The notes under the pieces: generated by a model
What the model saw: the letters and a program-made list of their open reading frames with translations, nothing else
The model's database searches: none
Told to the model about the DNA's origin: nothing
Shown: positions 52,701 to 64,000 of the stretch, piece after piece
How the letters are laid out: every line of letters begins with the position of its first letter
Position numbering within the stretch: position 1 is the first letter of the stretch
Program-made: the position numbers and the translations under genes
DNA from: Azolla caroliniana
Taxonomy: Eukaryota > Plantae > Polypodiophyta
Direction of reading: 5' to 3'
DNA: 64,000 nt
Assembly: GCA_043228905.1 (NCBI GenBank)
Contig: JBHGNT010000001.1
Span: 15,314,001 to 15,378,000, forward strand

Positions 52701-55620
52701 CTTTGACTGTCAGTGAAGATGGTAGTGACAGAAGACTGACCAACACCCAAATCAGCTAAAAGGCGTCTGAGCCACACACAGTCAACGGTAGCTGTGAAAG
52801 TTGCCCTATACTCAACCTCACAACTAGAAGTGGCCACAGTAGGCTGCTTCTTGCCCAACCAAGATACGCATGAGCTACCAAGCATGAAGCAAAAACCACT
52901 TGTGGACACATGAGTGTCATAACAACCAGCCCAATCAGAGTCAGAAAAAGCATGCAGGTCTGGCAGCAGTGATCCCCCCTTGGGATAAAACAATCTAAGT
53001 GACCGGGTACCAGTCAAGTAGCGATAGATGCGCTTAACTGCCTGCCAATTCTTAACTCCTAGGAAATGCATAAACCTGCTCATCTGAGAGACAGCAAACT
53101 GAATAACAGGTCGGCTTATGTATAAGTAAATCAAGCATCCAACTGCCTGCTGATAGAGAATAACATCAAATGCATCTCCAGCATCATGAAGGCTCAAACG
53201 TAAACCTGTCTCCATGGGAGTGGCAATAGGTTTACAGTCTTCAAGGCCAAAACGCTGCAATAATGTGTCAATGTATTTCGATTGACACAAATCGATTCCA
53301 CCATCAACTTGCATAAATTGAATGCCCAAATAATGATGCAAATGTCCCAAATTTGCATAAAAAGAGGCATGCAAATCAGCCTTAAAGTCAGCAATGTGCT
53401 TCTCATTGGGACCAGTGAGCAACATATCATCAACATACACAACCATGATCAGAAATACATCATCAACATGCTTAACATATAAGGTGCTTTCAGTTGGACT
53501 ATTCTCAAACCCAAATGCAATCAGCATACGTATTCTACACATTGCATGCTAAATATTCTACAGCAATGGATGAAAGATAAATGTGTCAAACAAGTGCCTT
53601 CACTACGATAAAAACATTACGTCATCGTCTCAACACAATTTGGCTAGATGAAGCCCATCCAAGTTGGACCTGAGAGGGGTTCAAGGAGCTACATACAAGC
53701 TGCGGCACAGAAATTAGCCGTGACATGTATAGACATGGCCACAATCTCTTTATCTTCCATCCAAACTCATGATAAAGATGCATTCCATCCGAAGAGGCCA
53801 AGTAATCTGCAACCATTTTGAGTCGAACTAGTCTCACGGGTCCACATGCTAAGGGATTCTCCACTTACTGAAGGTTTCCTCTACCTCTGGAGCAAGTAGA
53901 CAGAAAACTGGTGTGGAAGGGGCCTTTCCTAAAATACCGAGAGCTGCCCGCCTTACTACCTCTGGTTGAGGCATCCAACTTCATTTCAGGGGATGTTCAT
54001 AGATTTAAACTCTGAATGCAAAATTAGAATCAAAATTATCGGCTAATCCTATTTCTGATAATATTCGAAACCTCAATCCCAGCACTATACCCCATGCAAA
54101 TCAAGCTGTGTAAAAATAATTGCTTTGAGGCATAGATCAGCAAGTGCAATCAAGGCTTTATCGATAAAAAACGTGTATAGCTCTCCATTATTTATTACGT
54201 GATTCAGCCGTAGATTTTAAATCATGTTTCCATTCTCCACAACCGTTGACATTTACCATACGGTCCACATCAGGAAAACAATAGTGAGACATTCAAATTT
54301 CTATATATTTGAACCAGCCAAAATGATATCCAGGATCTTGATGGAGGAAAATCTTCAGTCCTAAAGCTTGCAAGCCACTTACATTCCCAGAAACAATATG
54401 CAAATCAATGTCCATAATATGTAGAAAAAAAGTATCCAGAATTTAGCAAAATAGTAATACAACCATTTAAAGATATTATATAGAATGTATAGCATAGATA
54501 CTAACCTCATTTTCTTCTCTAAGACTTAAAGTGCCCACCAAGAAACATGTTTCCTGTAAATCTGCCACAACAGCAGATATGCACCTGGCCTACACAACCA
54601 TAATCAGCAACACAATATGAATTTGCAGTTAATTTGGCCTTCGTAATAATTAGTGCACATCATCCATTCAATAGATAAAACGGATGTTACAGACACATAT
54701 TGAAATTGAATAAATGATCAATTTCTACAAAAAGAGAATTATTGCATAAGACAGATTGAAACAAATCATAATAGTTGAGGTAGAAAAACACACATCCAAT
54801 CATGAAGATATCCATACATTGAAGAGAAAAATAATCCAAAATTTTCCTGATAAAAAATGACAGAAATATGGTGACCACACGCATGACATATTATCTTGAT
54901 CAGATATTATCATACATGATCATTTCTTGTATAATATCTGCTATCATTTCTTACAATATTTGTCTCAAATTTTAATGTGCTAGGCATATATTGTATACAT
55001 AGTAAAATCAAGAAAAAAACAAAATAAGTACTTCAAAAACTTGCATCAAATCATTTTCAGAGGTAAAAAATAATCCAAATACAAATGACAGAAATATGAA
55101 AACTTTCATTTTCTTAATAGATACCTCTATTTCAAAGATTTCAAATAGTGTTATTTAATTTTTTCAAGATATTTACGAAATAAAATTAGAGAGATTTTGC
55201 AGCAGCATATAAGTCATACATGATCATTTCTTATATAGTTACTTGTATCATTCTTTATGATGTTTTACTCAAATTCTGGTGTACTAGGAATATATTTCAT
55301 ACATCATAAATTCGAGAAAAAACATCATCATTCAGTAAGTTGTTTCTTGGAGAAAAACAAATGGTACTACAAATGATATAAACCAGCAAATAAAATATTC
55401 TATTTTCTTCATCATACCCACTTTTTCGGAAGCTCCACAATTGCTTTATTTTTACTAACCAAAACCTTTGCCAAAACATACATAGGACACTATGTTCATG
55501 TTTTGCATCTGTGTATTATTAGTACATTAATTATTACTCAAATAAGAAACAATTATACAGTAAAATGGAGGTTGATACCTGAAATTTCACGCCATACGCA
55601 CTTCCTCCACCTTGGATCAT
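43717..55620 (-). CDS. DWA2: WD40-repeat protein of the DWA2 / EIPR1 (TSSC1) family, 13 coding exons, 352 aa
   Basis: Exons (minus strand): 55620-55579, 54589-54506, 51899-51767, 51683-51578, 50988-50886, 50741-50614, 49457-49388, 49219-49131, 49002-48957, 45492-45425, 45289-45216, 45129-45071, 43773-43717. All introns are GT-AG, phases are consistent, total 1059 nt. Protein: MIQGGGSAYGVKFQARCIS...GTLSLREENEVHL...HEIWNLASCPFD...GGAWDPHD...QFWDLR...LPGHSHWTW...GTDS...HEDSVYG...EPWLFASLSYDGRVLVESV. Confidence 0.93.
44391..44891 (-). repeat. Four degenerate ~135-160-bp tandem units in the last DWA2 intron, with tRNA/SINE-like A and B boxes
   Basis: The units at 44391 and 44526 are close copies; the units near 44680 and 44830 are more diverged. 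The minus strand of the last reads cctagtggtaa ... gggttcgagtccc. Confidence 0.6.
46250..46790 (+). mobile_element. Highly decayed copia RNase H remnant in DWA2 intron 9
   Basis: Reads SDWAGDLEERQS at ~46377 and HFIREL...VKLEHCPTENNCVDLFT at ~46675-46760. Confidence 0.65.
46830..47660 (-). mobile_element. Copia 5' remnant (LTR end, PBS, gag start) in DWA2 intron 9
   Basis: PBS tggtatcaaagag at 47527-47539; gag MANTSANVGIEFRKFDGIGFNLWKVRME...WKLLNRKA; LTR-like sequence from 47541. Confidence 0.75.
52207..53542 (-). mobile_element. 5'-truncated copia element (RT end, RNase H, PPT, short 3' LTR) in DWA2 intron 2
   Basis: ORF 52505-53542 has YVDDML, YLGI, SDSDWAG, FTDSQSA and KHIEVHY. PPT aagggggatt at 52404-52413; LTR 52207-52403 with TG..CA ends and an internal ~25-bp tandem repeat. 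Confidence 0.9.
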
Positions 55621-56249
55621 CTTCACTCTGTCTCCGTCTGCGCCTCTGTCTCTGCCTCTCTGTCTCTTTTGATCAGATCTCGTCACTATTTAATGGTTCC
55701 TCCATTTTAGTCAGTTGGATTCACACTACAACTCTCATCTTCTCTGCTTCGCCTCTTTTGCAGAATGTAGTTGTCCACATCACTTACTTACTGTGTGAAA
55801 TCATTGCCTCCGTATACGACGCACATCCTCGTGGTCCAATATTGCACTCAATCCTCTTACTCTCGCACATCCCCTCGCCTTATCATCTCATGATGCCCAT
55901 TTTCACAATGTTCCTCTTGAACAACAAGTACACTCTCAAAAATCGCTTGGTGTTCTACAACACTTTGGAAACCAAACAAATAGGGTTTATATTACAAAAA
56001 AATCCCAATACATGTAATGAGAAACACAAGAAAATCATAAGAAATTCACATAAGTTACTATTTAAGATTTGTACAAGCATGCCCACCAAGAAGAATTGGC
56101 CCACAGAAGAGGCAATGTTGTTCTTGTAGGAGTGACTTTTGGGTTCTATTATGTAGTTTTCTTCCTACTTTTGTATTCTTACTATGCTGACACTTAGTTT
56201 TTATTAATGTGTATTCCAAAGGGATTTAGAGAGTTTTGACCAGTCTTAG

Positions 56250-57290
56250 TTGGAACCATGTACAACATCTAAGTCGCATGTCAAAATTTTCACATGAACC
56301 TTCGAGACTAAACTATGTGATGGATTAAAATACATGGGTAAGTTGGAATTCACCGAATCACCATGACCCCAAGGACTCATTACACCTATCATCAAAATTC
56401 CTCGAGGTGATTCTAACATAAGGAATGAAACTTACTATAGATCAAATAAATAAGAATCTCAAAGATATGTCTTTGAATTTTGTAATCTTCAATTTTGTAC
56501 AACTAGCACCATTGTCCATCTTGTCACAATGATAGCCTTACCAACACTAAATAGACTGTGATTGAGGAAGTGCAATAAGGCCTCTTTAGCCAAATAATTG
56601 AGATGTCCCAACGCACCTCAAATGATCAACTCAACATGATACTGGTCCCCCTCAGAACCCTACATGACAAGTTGTACAAGGTTAAGAAATTAGGTAAATC
56701 ATCGGCCCATCTACACACTTTGTGAAGATGCAACTCCAAAACAATGAACAATAACTCATCATTTCATTAGCTGTTATGGTAGTGGCTGACACAACAACAA
56801 ATGAGTAATTGAATTATTATGAGCTACTAAAGGCAGTAGAGAAGGCTAGAAACTCTGTACAAACAAGAATTCACAAAAACTTGATATTGGTTGAAGAATA
56901 ATTTGTGGTCGTTAAAGTTCAACTTATTGCTATGGAAAAACTCCTCCTGAAAGTGGTGACATCCTACCTTGATTTGGTTAAAGTTGTTGTTAGTGTTGTT
57001 TTGATTACATTGAAGTTTATACATGTGTCACTCTCAACTACCTTGTCTTCATGAAGGACATTGTGTGGATATATGACCCTCAACACCACATGTGTATCAC
57101 ACAAGCACTCTCCTTTCCCTTGGAGTGTCTCAAGTTGGACTTACACTAAAAATTTCTTGCATTTGTTGGATTTGTCAAGTAAAATCAAGACACTCATTTA
57201 CTTGCTCTGAGAAACATCTTTCCACCATAGGTGGAGTACTTTCTTGCATTATCAGGACATTAGCTTGATATGTTGTTAGCTTGTCCATAG
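56250..57290 (-). mobile_element. Very old copia remnant upstream of DWA2
   Basis: The minus strand reads LGHLNY near 56600 (GAG-pre-integrase motif). Everything else is heavily eroded and the boundaries are uncertain. Confidence 0.35.
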
Positions 57291-57296
57291 AAAGTG

Positions 57297-58015
57297 TGTA
57301 AAGATTATGTGCAGAAGCTAAATAGAACACGATCGGCTCAGCCAAACAACAATGGAGAAGACACTTAGAGTATTGAAGATACGCAGTAAGGGAGACAGAG
57401 AGACAAAGACAGCAGAAGACTAAAAAAACTCAATTCAAATATAATATGCTCCCTATACATATGACTGTGCTCAGTGAGCACTTTTATACAAGCCCTAATC
57501 GTGGGTTGTCACAAGTATTCTCAATACTTCAGTGCTCACAGAAACGCATCTGACACTAACTCCTAAAGCTATTCCTACCTACTAAAGTAGCAGTGTAGGC
57601 CCCTAACGGCCTACTAGCTCCCAGCCGATCCGGCTCCCAACTTCTTCATCTGATCCGGGCCTAGCCAATCAGTCCTCATCTGATCTGGCTCTCGGCTTAT
57701 GCAACCGATTCAGCCCATGTTGAGCTTGCTTCTTAACACCCCCCTCAAGCTCAACTTGAGGTTCCTCCTGCTCTGCTAGTTCTTCTACTCAGCTCCTCCT
57801 GCCAGCTCATCTCCTGGCATGTTATCGCGGTATTCCGCGCGGATGCGTAGAAACAGGGCAGGACTAGGGGGTTCTTGAACCAGGGAATCGAGAAAGAAGG
57901 AAGAGGTCCACACGTCTTGTACACACAAACACCGTGAACAAACAAAGAGGAGTAGGAAGGAGGTGGTCGTAGGTTTCTGACTCAATGCAGTACGAGAGAA
58001 TAACAACATGAGAAC
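57297..58015 (-). mobile_element. 3' LTR (57297-57738), PPT and 3' internal region of a family-B copia element, interrupted at 58016
   Basis: The LTR is similar to 36145-36518 (tgtgctcagt, ttatacaag, tgctcaca, ctgacact, gatccggct, gttgagcttgct). The PPT context ccccctcaagctcaacttgag is the same as at 36521. Confidence 0.85.
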
Positions 58016-61000
58016 TGTTGGGAATATGTCCCTCTAGTGGGAGGAAGAGCCAACTGTTCGGAAAGCCGACTGTCGAAGGGTTGAAAATAGTGATTCGACT
58101 GTTTGAGAATTCGAATGTTATTATTATTATGGTAATAATAATGATGATGCTAGGAAACAGGTCACTCCGGAAACTAGAATCGTGTATATGGCCAACTCGG
58201 GAGACTATACTTGTAAATAGTCTTAATGTGCGCCCCATGAGGGCTAGGTATGTAAATAGCTAGAAAGTTGTGTAAGTATATATGCAACTAGGGCAAACTT
58301 TAAGATGTAGAATAAAAGAGAGCATAACTGTGAGTGTGAGATAGAAGTGTGTGTCGCGCCATAGCTGTGTGAGTAACAGTAGATGCGAAGAGCCCTGTGT
58401 GGCTGATACACTCGACAGAGTGTTGTAACCCTCTTAATGTTGTATATCCATTATCCATAGTGAAGATATATTCCTGTGGTTTTCTCCCGTTTTAGGGTTT
58501 CCATGTAAATCTCTGTGCATAGTTGTCTATCTTGTTTTTTTTTGTGTGATTCGTATTTCAGCATTGCCTGTTCATTGTGATTTATGGTCCGAAACGATTT
58601 CTCAACAAACTGGTATTAGAGCTTGAGGTGCAAGCATGGAAGGAGGTGTAAGCGGCTTCCTAGGAATGATAGTTCTCAACTCACAGAACTATGCAGACTG
58701 GAAGATCAAGATGGAAGACCTTCTCATAGTAAAAGACCTGTACGAGCCAGTCGATAGAGCAGATATACCCAGGGGGGTATTGGAGTCAGACTGGAAGCTT
58801 ATGAATAGAAAGGTGGTAGCCACTATCCGACAATGTGTAGATGTAAGTGTCCTTCAGCATGTAGCGAACGACACAAATGCCCACGAGATGTGGTAGAAGC
58901 TATCGGGTCTTTATGAGAGGAAGAACGCGCTAAATAGAACCTCGCTAATGAGAAAAATTGTGCTTCTGAAATATAGAGACGATGAGAGCATCGTCGAAGA
59001 CATCAGCACATTCATGGGGTACGTAAATCAACTTGATGCGACCAAGTTTCCCCTTGATGGCGCAATGCAGGCCATCCTGCTGATGTGTACATTGCTGGAC
59101 AGCTAGGAGAACCTGGTGGTTACTCTTAGCACCTCCTGTCAAGAAGAGAACTTGTCTTTATAGACGGTGAAGACAAGCATCCTAAATGAGGAGGCAAGGA
59201 GGAAAGACAAAGGAGTCCTGTCCCAAACGGAGTCGAATCTGACTCAACATATGGACAGAGGCAGGGACCGACGAAGAAGAAGTCTGCAACGAACGGAAAA
59301 ATCCCACGCCAGATCGAAGTCCAGAGGTTAGACAATGTGCTTTTATTGTGGAAAACATGGACACTTCCAGAAGGACTGTTGACACATGAGAAGAGACAAG
59401 AGTGTCGGAAACAATGTCGAACCCAGTAAGATTCCTGATGAGAACAACACTTCTGCCATTGCTACGAGCAATGAAGAACTCATGTTCATTTGTGAGCAGA
59501 CAAGTGCAAATCTTGCTAGTGAAGAATGCACTTGGGTGATCGACTCCGGGGCATCCTTCCATATTACTCCGTCGAGAGAGTATTTCTCGACTTACATAGT
59601 CGGGGATCATGGTTATGTAAAGATGGGTGATAGTGGAGAGTGCAAGATAACTGGAGTCGGAAGTGTCACCTTGATGACGTCAACAGGGTGTCGACTAACG
59701 TTGAAGGATGTTCGACACGTTCTCGATATCAGATTGAATTTGATATCGACTGGAAGACTTGACGACGAAGGCTACAGTGGTAGCTTTCGGAATGGCAAGT
59801 GGAAGTTCTGCCGAGGAAATCTTATAGTGGCCCAAGCACAGAAAGAAGGCACATTGTACATGATGCATGCCTGACGGTGCAAATCAGAAGTAAATGTGGC
59901 AGCCGACTCAGCAGGTGAGATATGGCATAAGAGGCTAGGCCACATGAGTGAGAAGGGAATGCACCTGTTAGCTGACCAAAAACTTCTACCAGAAGTCAAG
60001 GGAGTGCACTTGGAGAAGTGTGTTGACTGCTTAGCTGGAAAGCAGAACAAGGCGGCATCCCACTCAAGACCACCGAGAAGAAGAGAAGCTGCACTGGAAC
60101 TAGTACACACGGATGTGTGCTATGTGGATGCTCCATCCCATTGAGGTGGACAGTACTTCATGACATTCATTGATGACCATAGTCGGAAGACATGGGCCTT
60201 CGTACTGAAGACGAAGGATCAAGTACTGTCGGTTTTCAAGGAGTTCCAAGCAAGAGCTGAAAGAGAGTCGGGTAAAAAACTAAAGGTTGTCCGAACCGAC
60301 AACGTTGGCGAGTACAGAGGGCAGTTCGAGGAATACTGCAAGTGCCAAGGTATTCGAATCGAATACACAATGCCAAAGACCCCATAATTAAACGGGCTTG
60401 CAGAGAGGATGAATCGAACAATCATGGAGAGAGTAAGGAGCATGCTCTCCCATGCAAAACTGCCGAAATCCTATTGGGTTGAGGTGATTTACACAGCTGT
60501 TTACTTGATCAACAGGTCTCCCTCAGTGCCATTAAAGGGTGATGTCCCACAGAGGGTGTGGATAGGAAAGGATGTCTCCTACCAACACCTGAGGGTGTTC
60601 GGATGTTTGGTGTATATGCATGTACCGAAAGATCAGAGGTCAATGCTCGACAGCAAGTCGAAAGCATGCATATTCATGGGATACTCGGAAGATGAATTCG
60701 GCTACAGGTTGTGGGACTTAGTCGATAAGAAGGTAGTGAGAAGTCGGGACGTCGTCTTTCTTGAAGATAAGACAATTGAAGACTGGAAGCAACAGAAGTC
60801 GGAACCGACTCCCCAGCCAACCTCGACTACCATCGACTTAAGGCCAAATGTGTCGTCACCGACAACTGTAAGGAGACAACTAGCTAACAGAGCCGAATCC
60901 GAGTTGGTCGACTCAGAAAGACTGACAGACTATGAGTCAGAGTCGGCAGATCTGCTGAAATCAATTGAGGAATATGAGGTGGAATTTTCCAACCTGGAGA

Positions 61001-64000
61001 TGCCAATTGATGAGTAGAATCCCGAGCCGAGAGAAGAGTTGGCAGAGACATCCGAAAGAGAGCCAACAATGAGTGGAAGAAGATACCCACTCAGAGAAAG
61101 GAAAGCACCAACTACATATGCCAGTCAATACATCCTCTTGACTGATGACGGTGAACCGGAGTGCTATAAAGAAGCCATTGCCGACGAGAGTAGAAAACAA
61201 TGCCTGAACGCGATGCAAGAGGAGATAGAATCCTTGCATGCAAATTACACCTACAACTTAGTAGAGCTGCCGAAAGGTAAGAGCGCACTCAGGAATAAAT
61301 GGGTCTACAAGGTGAAGACTGGAGAAGTCGACAACGAGCCTAGGGACAAAGCCCACATAGTGGTAAAGGGTTTCCAACAGAGGAAGGGCGTCGACTTTGA
61401 CGAAATATTCGCACCAGTCGTGAAGATGATATCCATACGATATGTTCTGAGCATAGCGGCCAGTATGGACTTGGAGATTGAACAATTGGATGTAAAAACC
61501 ACATTTCCGCACAGGGAGCTAGAAGAAGAAATCTACATGCAGCAACCCGAAGGCTTTGAGGAGAAAGGGAAAGAGAATTTGGTGTGTCGATTGAGGAAAA
61601 GCTTGTACGGACTAAAACAAGCACCACGCCAATGGTACAAGAAGTTCGAGTCCTTCATGATGGAACACCGGTTCCAGAAAACACAGGTTGATCACTATGT
61701 GTTCATAAAAAGGTATGAAGAAGGAGACTTCTTTATTCTCTTATTATATGTTGATGACATGTTGATAGTCGGTCAAGACATAAGGAAGATTGGAAGCTTG
61801 AAGAAAGCTCTCGGCAAATCATTTGCCATGAAAAACCTTGGACCGGCAAAGCAAATCCTAGGAATGCACATAGTTCGAGACAGAACTTCGAGTCCTTCAT
61901 GATGGAACACCGGTTCCAGAAAACACAGGTTGATCACTATGTGTTCATAAAAAGGTATGAAGAAGGAGACTTCTTTATTCTCTTATTATATGTTGATGAC
62001 ATGTTGATAGTCGGTCAAGACATAAGGAAGATTGGAAGCTTGAAGAAAGCTCTCGGCAAATCATTTGCCATGAAAAACCTTGGACCGGCAAAGCAAATCC
62101 TAGGAATGCACATAGTTCGAGACAGAACTTCGAGTCCTTCATGATGGAACACCGGTTCCAGAAAACACAGGTTGATCACTATGTGTTCATAAAAAGGTAT
62201 GAAGAAGGAGACTTCTTTATTCTCTTATTATATGTTGATGACATGTTGATAGTCGGTCAAGACATAAGGAAGATTGGAAGCTTGAAGAAAGCTCTCGGCA
62301 AATCATTTGCCATGAAAAACCTTGGACCGGCAAAGCAAATCCTAGGAATGCACATAGTTCGAGACAGAACTTCGAGTCCTTCATGATGGAACACCGGTTC
62401 CAGAAAACACAGGTTGATCACTATGTGTTCATAAAAAGGTATGAAGAAGGAGACTTCTTTATTCTCTTATTATATGTTGATGACATGTTGATAGTCGGTC
62501 AAGACATAAGGAAGATTGGAAGCTTGAAGAAAGCTCTCGGCAAATCATTTGCCATGAAAAACCTTGGACCGGCAAAGCAAATCCTAGGAATGCACATAGT
62601 TCGAGCCAGAACTTCGAGTCCTTCATGATGGAACACCGGTTCCAGAAAACACAGGTTGATCACTATGTGTTCATAAAAAGGTATGAAGAAGGAGACTTCT
62701 TTATTCTCTTATTATATGTTGATGACATGTTGATAGTCGGTCAAGACATAAGGAAGATTGGAAGCTTGAAGAAAGCTCTCGGCAAATCATTTGCCATGAA
62801 AAACCTTGGACCGGCAAAGCAAATCCTAGGAATGCACATAGTTCGAGACAGAACTTCGAGTCCTTCATGATGGAACACCGGTTCCAGAAAACACAGGTTG
62901 ATCACTATGTGTTCATAAAAAGGTATGAAGAAGGAGACTTCTTTATTCTCTTATTATATGTTGATGACATGTTGATAGTCGGTCAAGACATAAGGAAGAT
63001 TGGAAGCTTGAAGAAAGCTCTCGGCAAATCATTTGCCATGAAAAACCTTGGACCGGCAAAGCAAATCCTAGGAATGCACATAGTTCGAGACAGAACTTCG
63101 AGTCCTTCATGATGGAACACCGGTTCCAGAAAACACAGGTTGATCACTATGTGTTCATAAAAAGGTATGAAGAAGGAGACTTCTTTATTCTCTTATTATA
63201 TGTTGATGACATGTTGATAGTCGGTCAAGACATAAGGAAGATTGGAAGCTTGAAGAAAGCTCTCGGCAAATCATTTGCCATGAAAAACCTTGGACCGGCA
63301 AAGCAAATCCTAGGAATGCACATAGTTCGAGACAGAACTTCGAGTCCTTCATGATGGAACACCGGTTCCAGAAAACACAGGTTGATCACTATGTGTTCAT
63401 AAAAAGGTATGAAGAAGGAGACTTCTTGATTCTCTTATTATATGTTGATGACATGTTGATAGTCGGTCAAGACATAAGGAAGATTGGAAGCTTGGAGAAA
63501 GCTCTCGGCAAATCATTTGCCATGAAAGACCTTGGACCGGCAAAGCAAATCCTAGGAATGCACATAGTTTGAGACAGAACTCAAAAGGTGTTGTGGTTGT
63601 CACAACAGAAGTATGTGACGAAGATCTTAGAGAGATTCAACATGTCGGACGCAAAGTAGGTCAACTTAGTGTTACCAACAAACTGCAGGTTAAATGCGAA
63701 GTAGTGCCCGAGAGGGGTGAAGGAGAAGGCTGAGATGAGGAAGGTACCATATGCCTCGGCCGTCAGCAGTCTAATGTATGCTATGGTCTGTACGAGACCG
63801 GACATATCATTTGTTGTAGGAGCAGTAAGCCGATATATGAGTCATCCAGGCAGAGAGCACTGGGCAGCATTGAAGTGGATACTCAGGTACCGGAAAGGCA
63901 CCTCGAAGGTGTGCCTAAGTTATGGTGTCGGAAAACCGGTGCTGGAAGGTTTTACCGATTCGGACATGTCAGGAGATGTCGACTCGAGCAGATCCACATC
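58016..64000 (+). mobile_element. Ty1/copia element (family A, Tork/Tnt1-like), decayed, runs off the window
   Basis: 5' LTR 58016-58607 (TGTTGGGAA...CAACA); PBS tggtattagagc at 58611. Gag from 58636, protease WVIDSGASFH, integrase (HTDVC, RTDNVGEY), RT (LDVKTTF, LKQAPRQW, YVDD), RNase H start GFTDSDMSGD at the window end. Several in-frame stops. Confidence 0.95.
61645..63580 (+). repeat. 8 x 242-bp tandem array of the RT YVDD core
   Basis: Unit starts at 61645, 61887, 62129, 62371, 62613, 62855, 63097 and 63339; normal RT sequence resumes at 63581. Confidence 0.97.

Noticed and set aside
55503-56129. 208-aa plus-strand ORF
   Set aside because: Antisense to DWA2 exon 1 and its 5' region; non-ATG start and no recognisable motifs.
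61645-63580. RT plus repeat array read as a CRISPR-, retron- or DGR-like system
   Set aside because: There are no unique spacers or variable region. The units are contiguous copies of the RT coding sequence itself, inside an ordinary decayed copia element in plant DNA.

Overview
Eukaryotic, repeat-rich land-plant DNA, most likely a large-genome fern (inferred from the TE types, the PPR style and the microsatellite load; not provable from the window). Host genes: three intronless, GC-rich dirigent-like paralogues (3083-3667 -, 21589-22143 +, 26410-26985 +) and a 13-exon WD40 gene of the DWA2/EIPR1(TSSC1) family (43717-55620 -, 352 aa, spliced by hand, all GT-AG). The rest is a TE mosaic. It holds a full-length decayed copia element with TG..TA ends, two solo LTRs with TSDs, and two nests of copia elements with reciprocal order. 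It also holds gypsy gag/protease/RT scraps, a near full-length APE-RT LINE between (CT)n tracts, and a PPR gene scrap. Two observations stand out. First, an 8 x 242-bp, almost perfectly homogeneous tandem array built from the YVDD catalytic core of a copia reverse transcriptase inside an otherwise decayed element. Second, a dirigent cluster whose members all replace the canonical first-strand Asp with Asn and show mosaic (gene-conversion-like) sequence sharing. All calls come from reading the sequence; no database searches were run.
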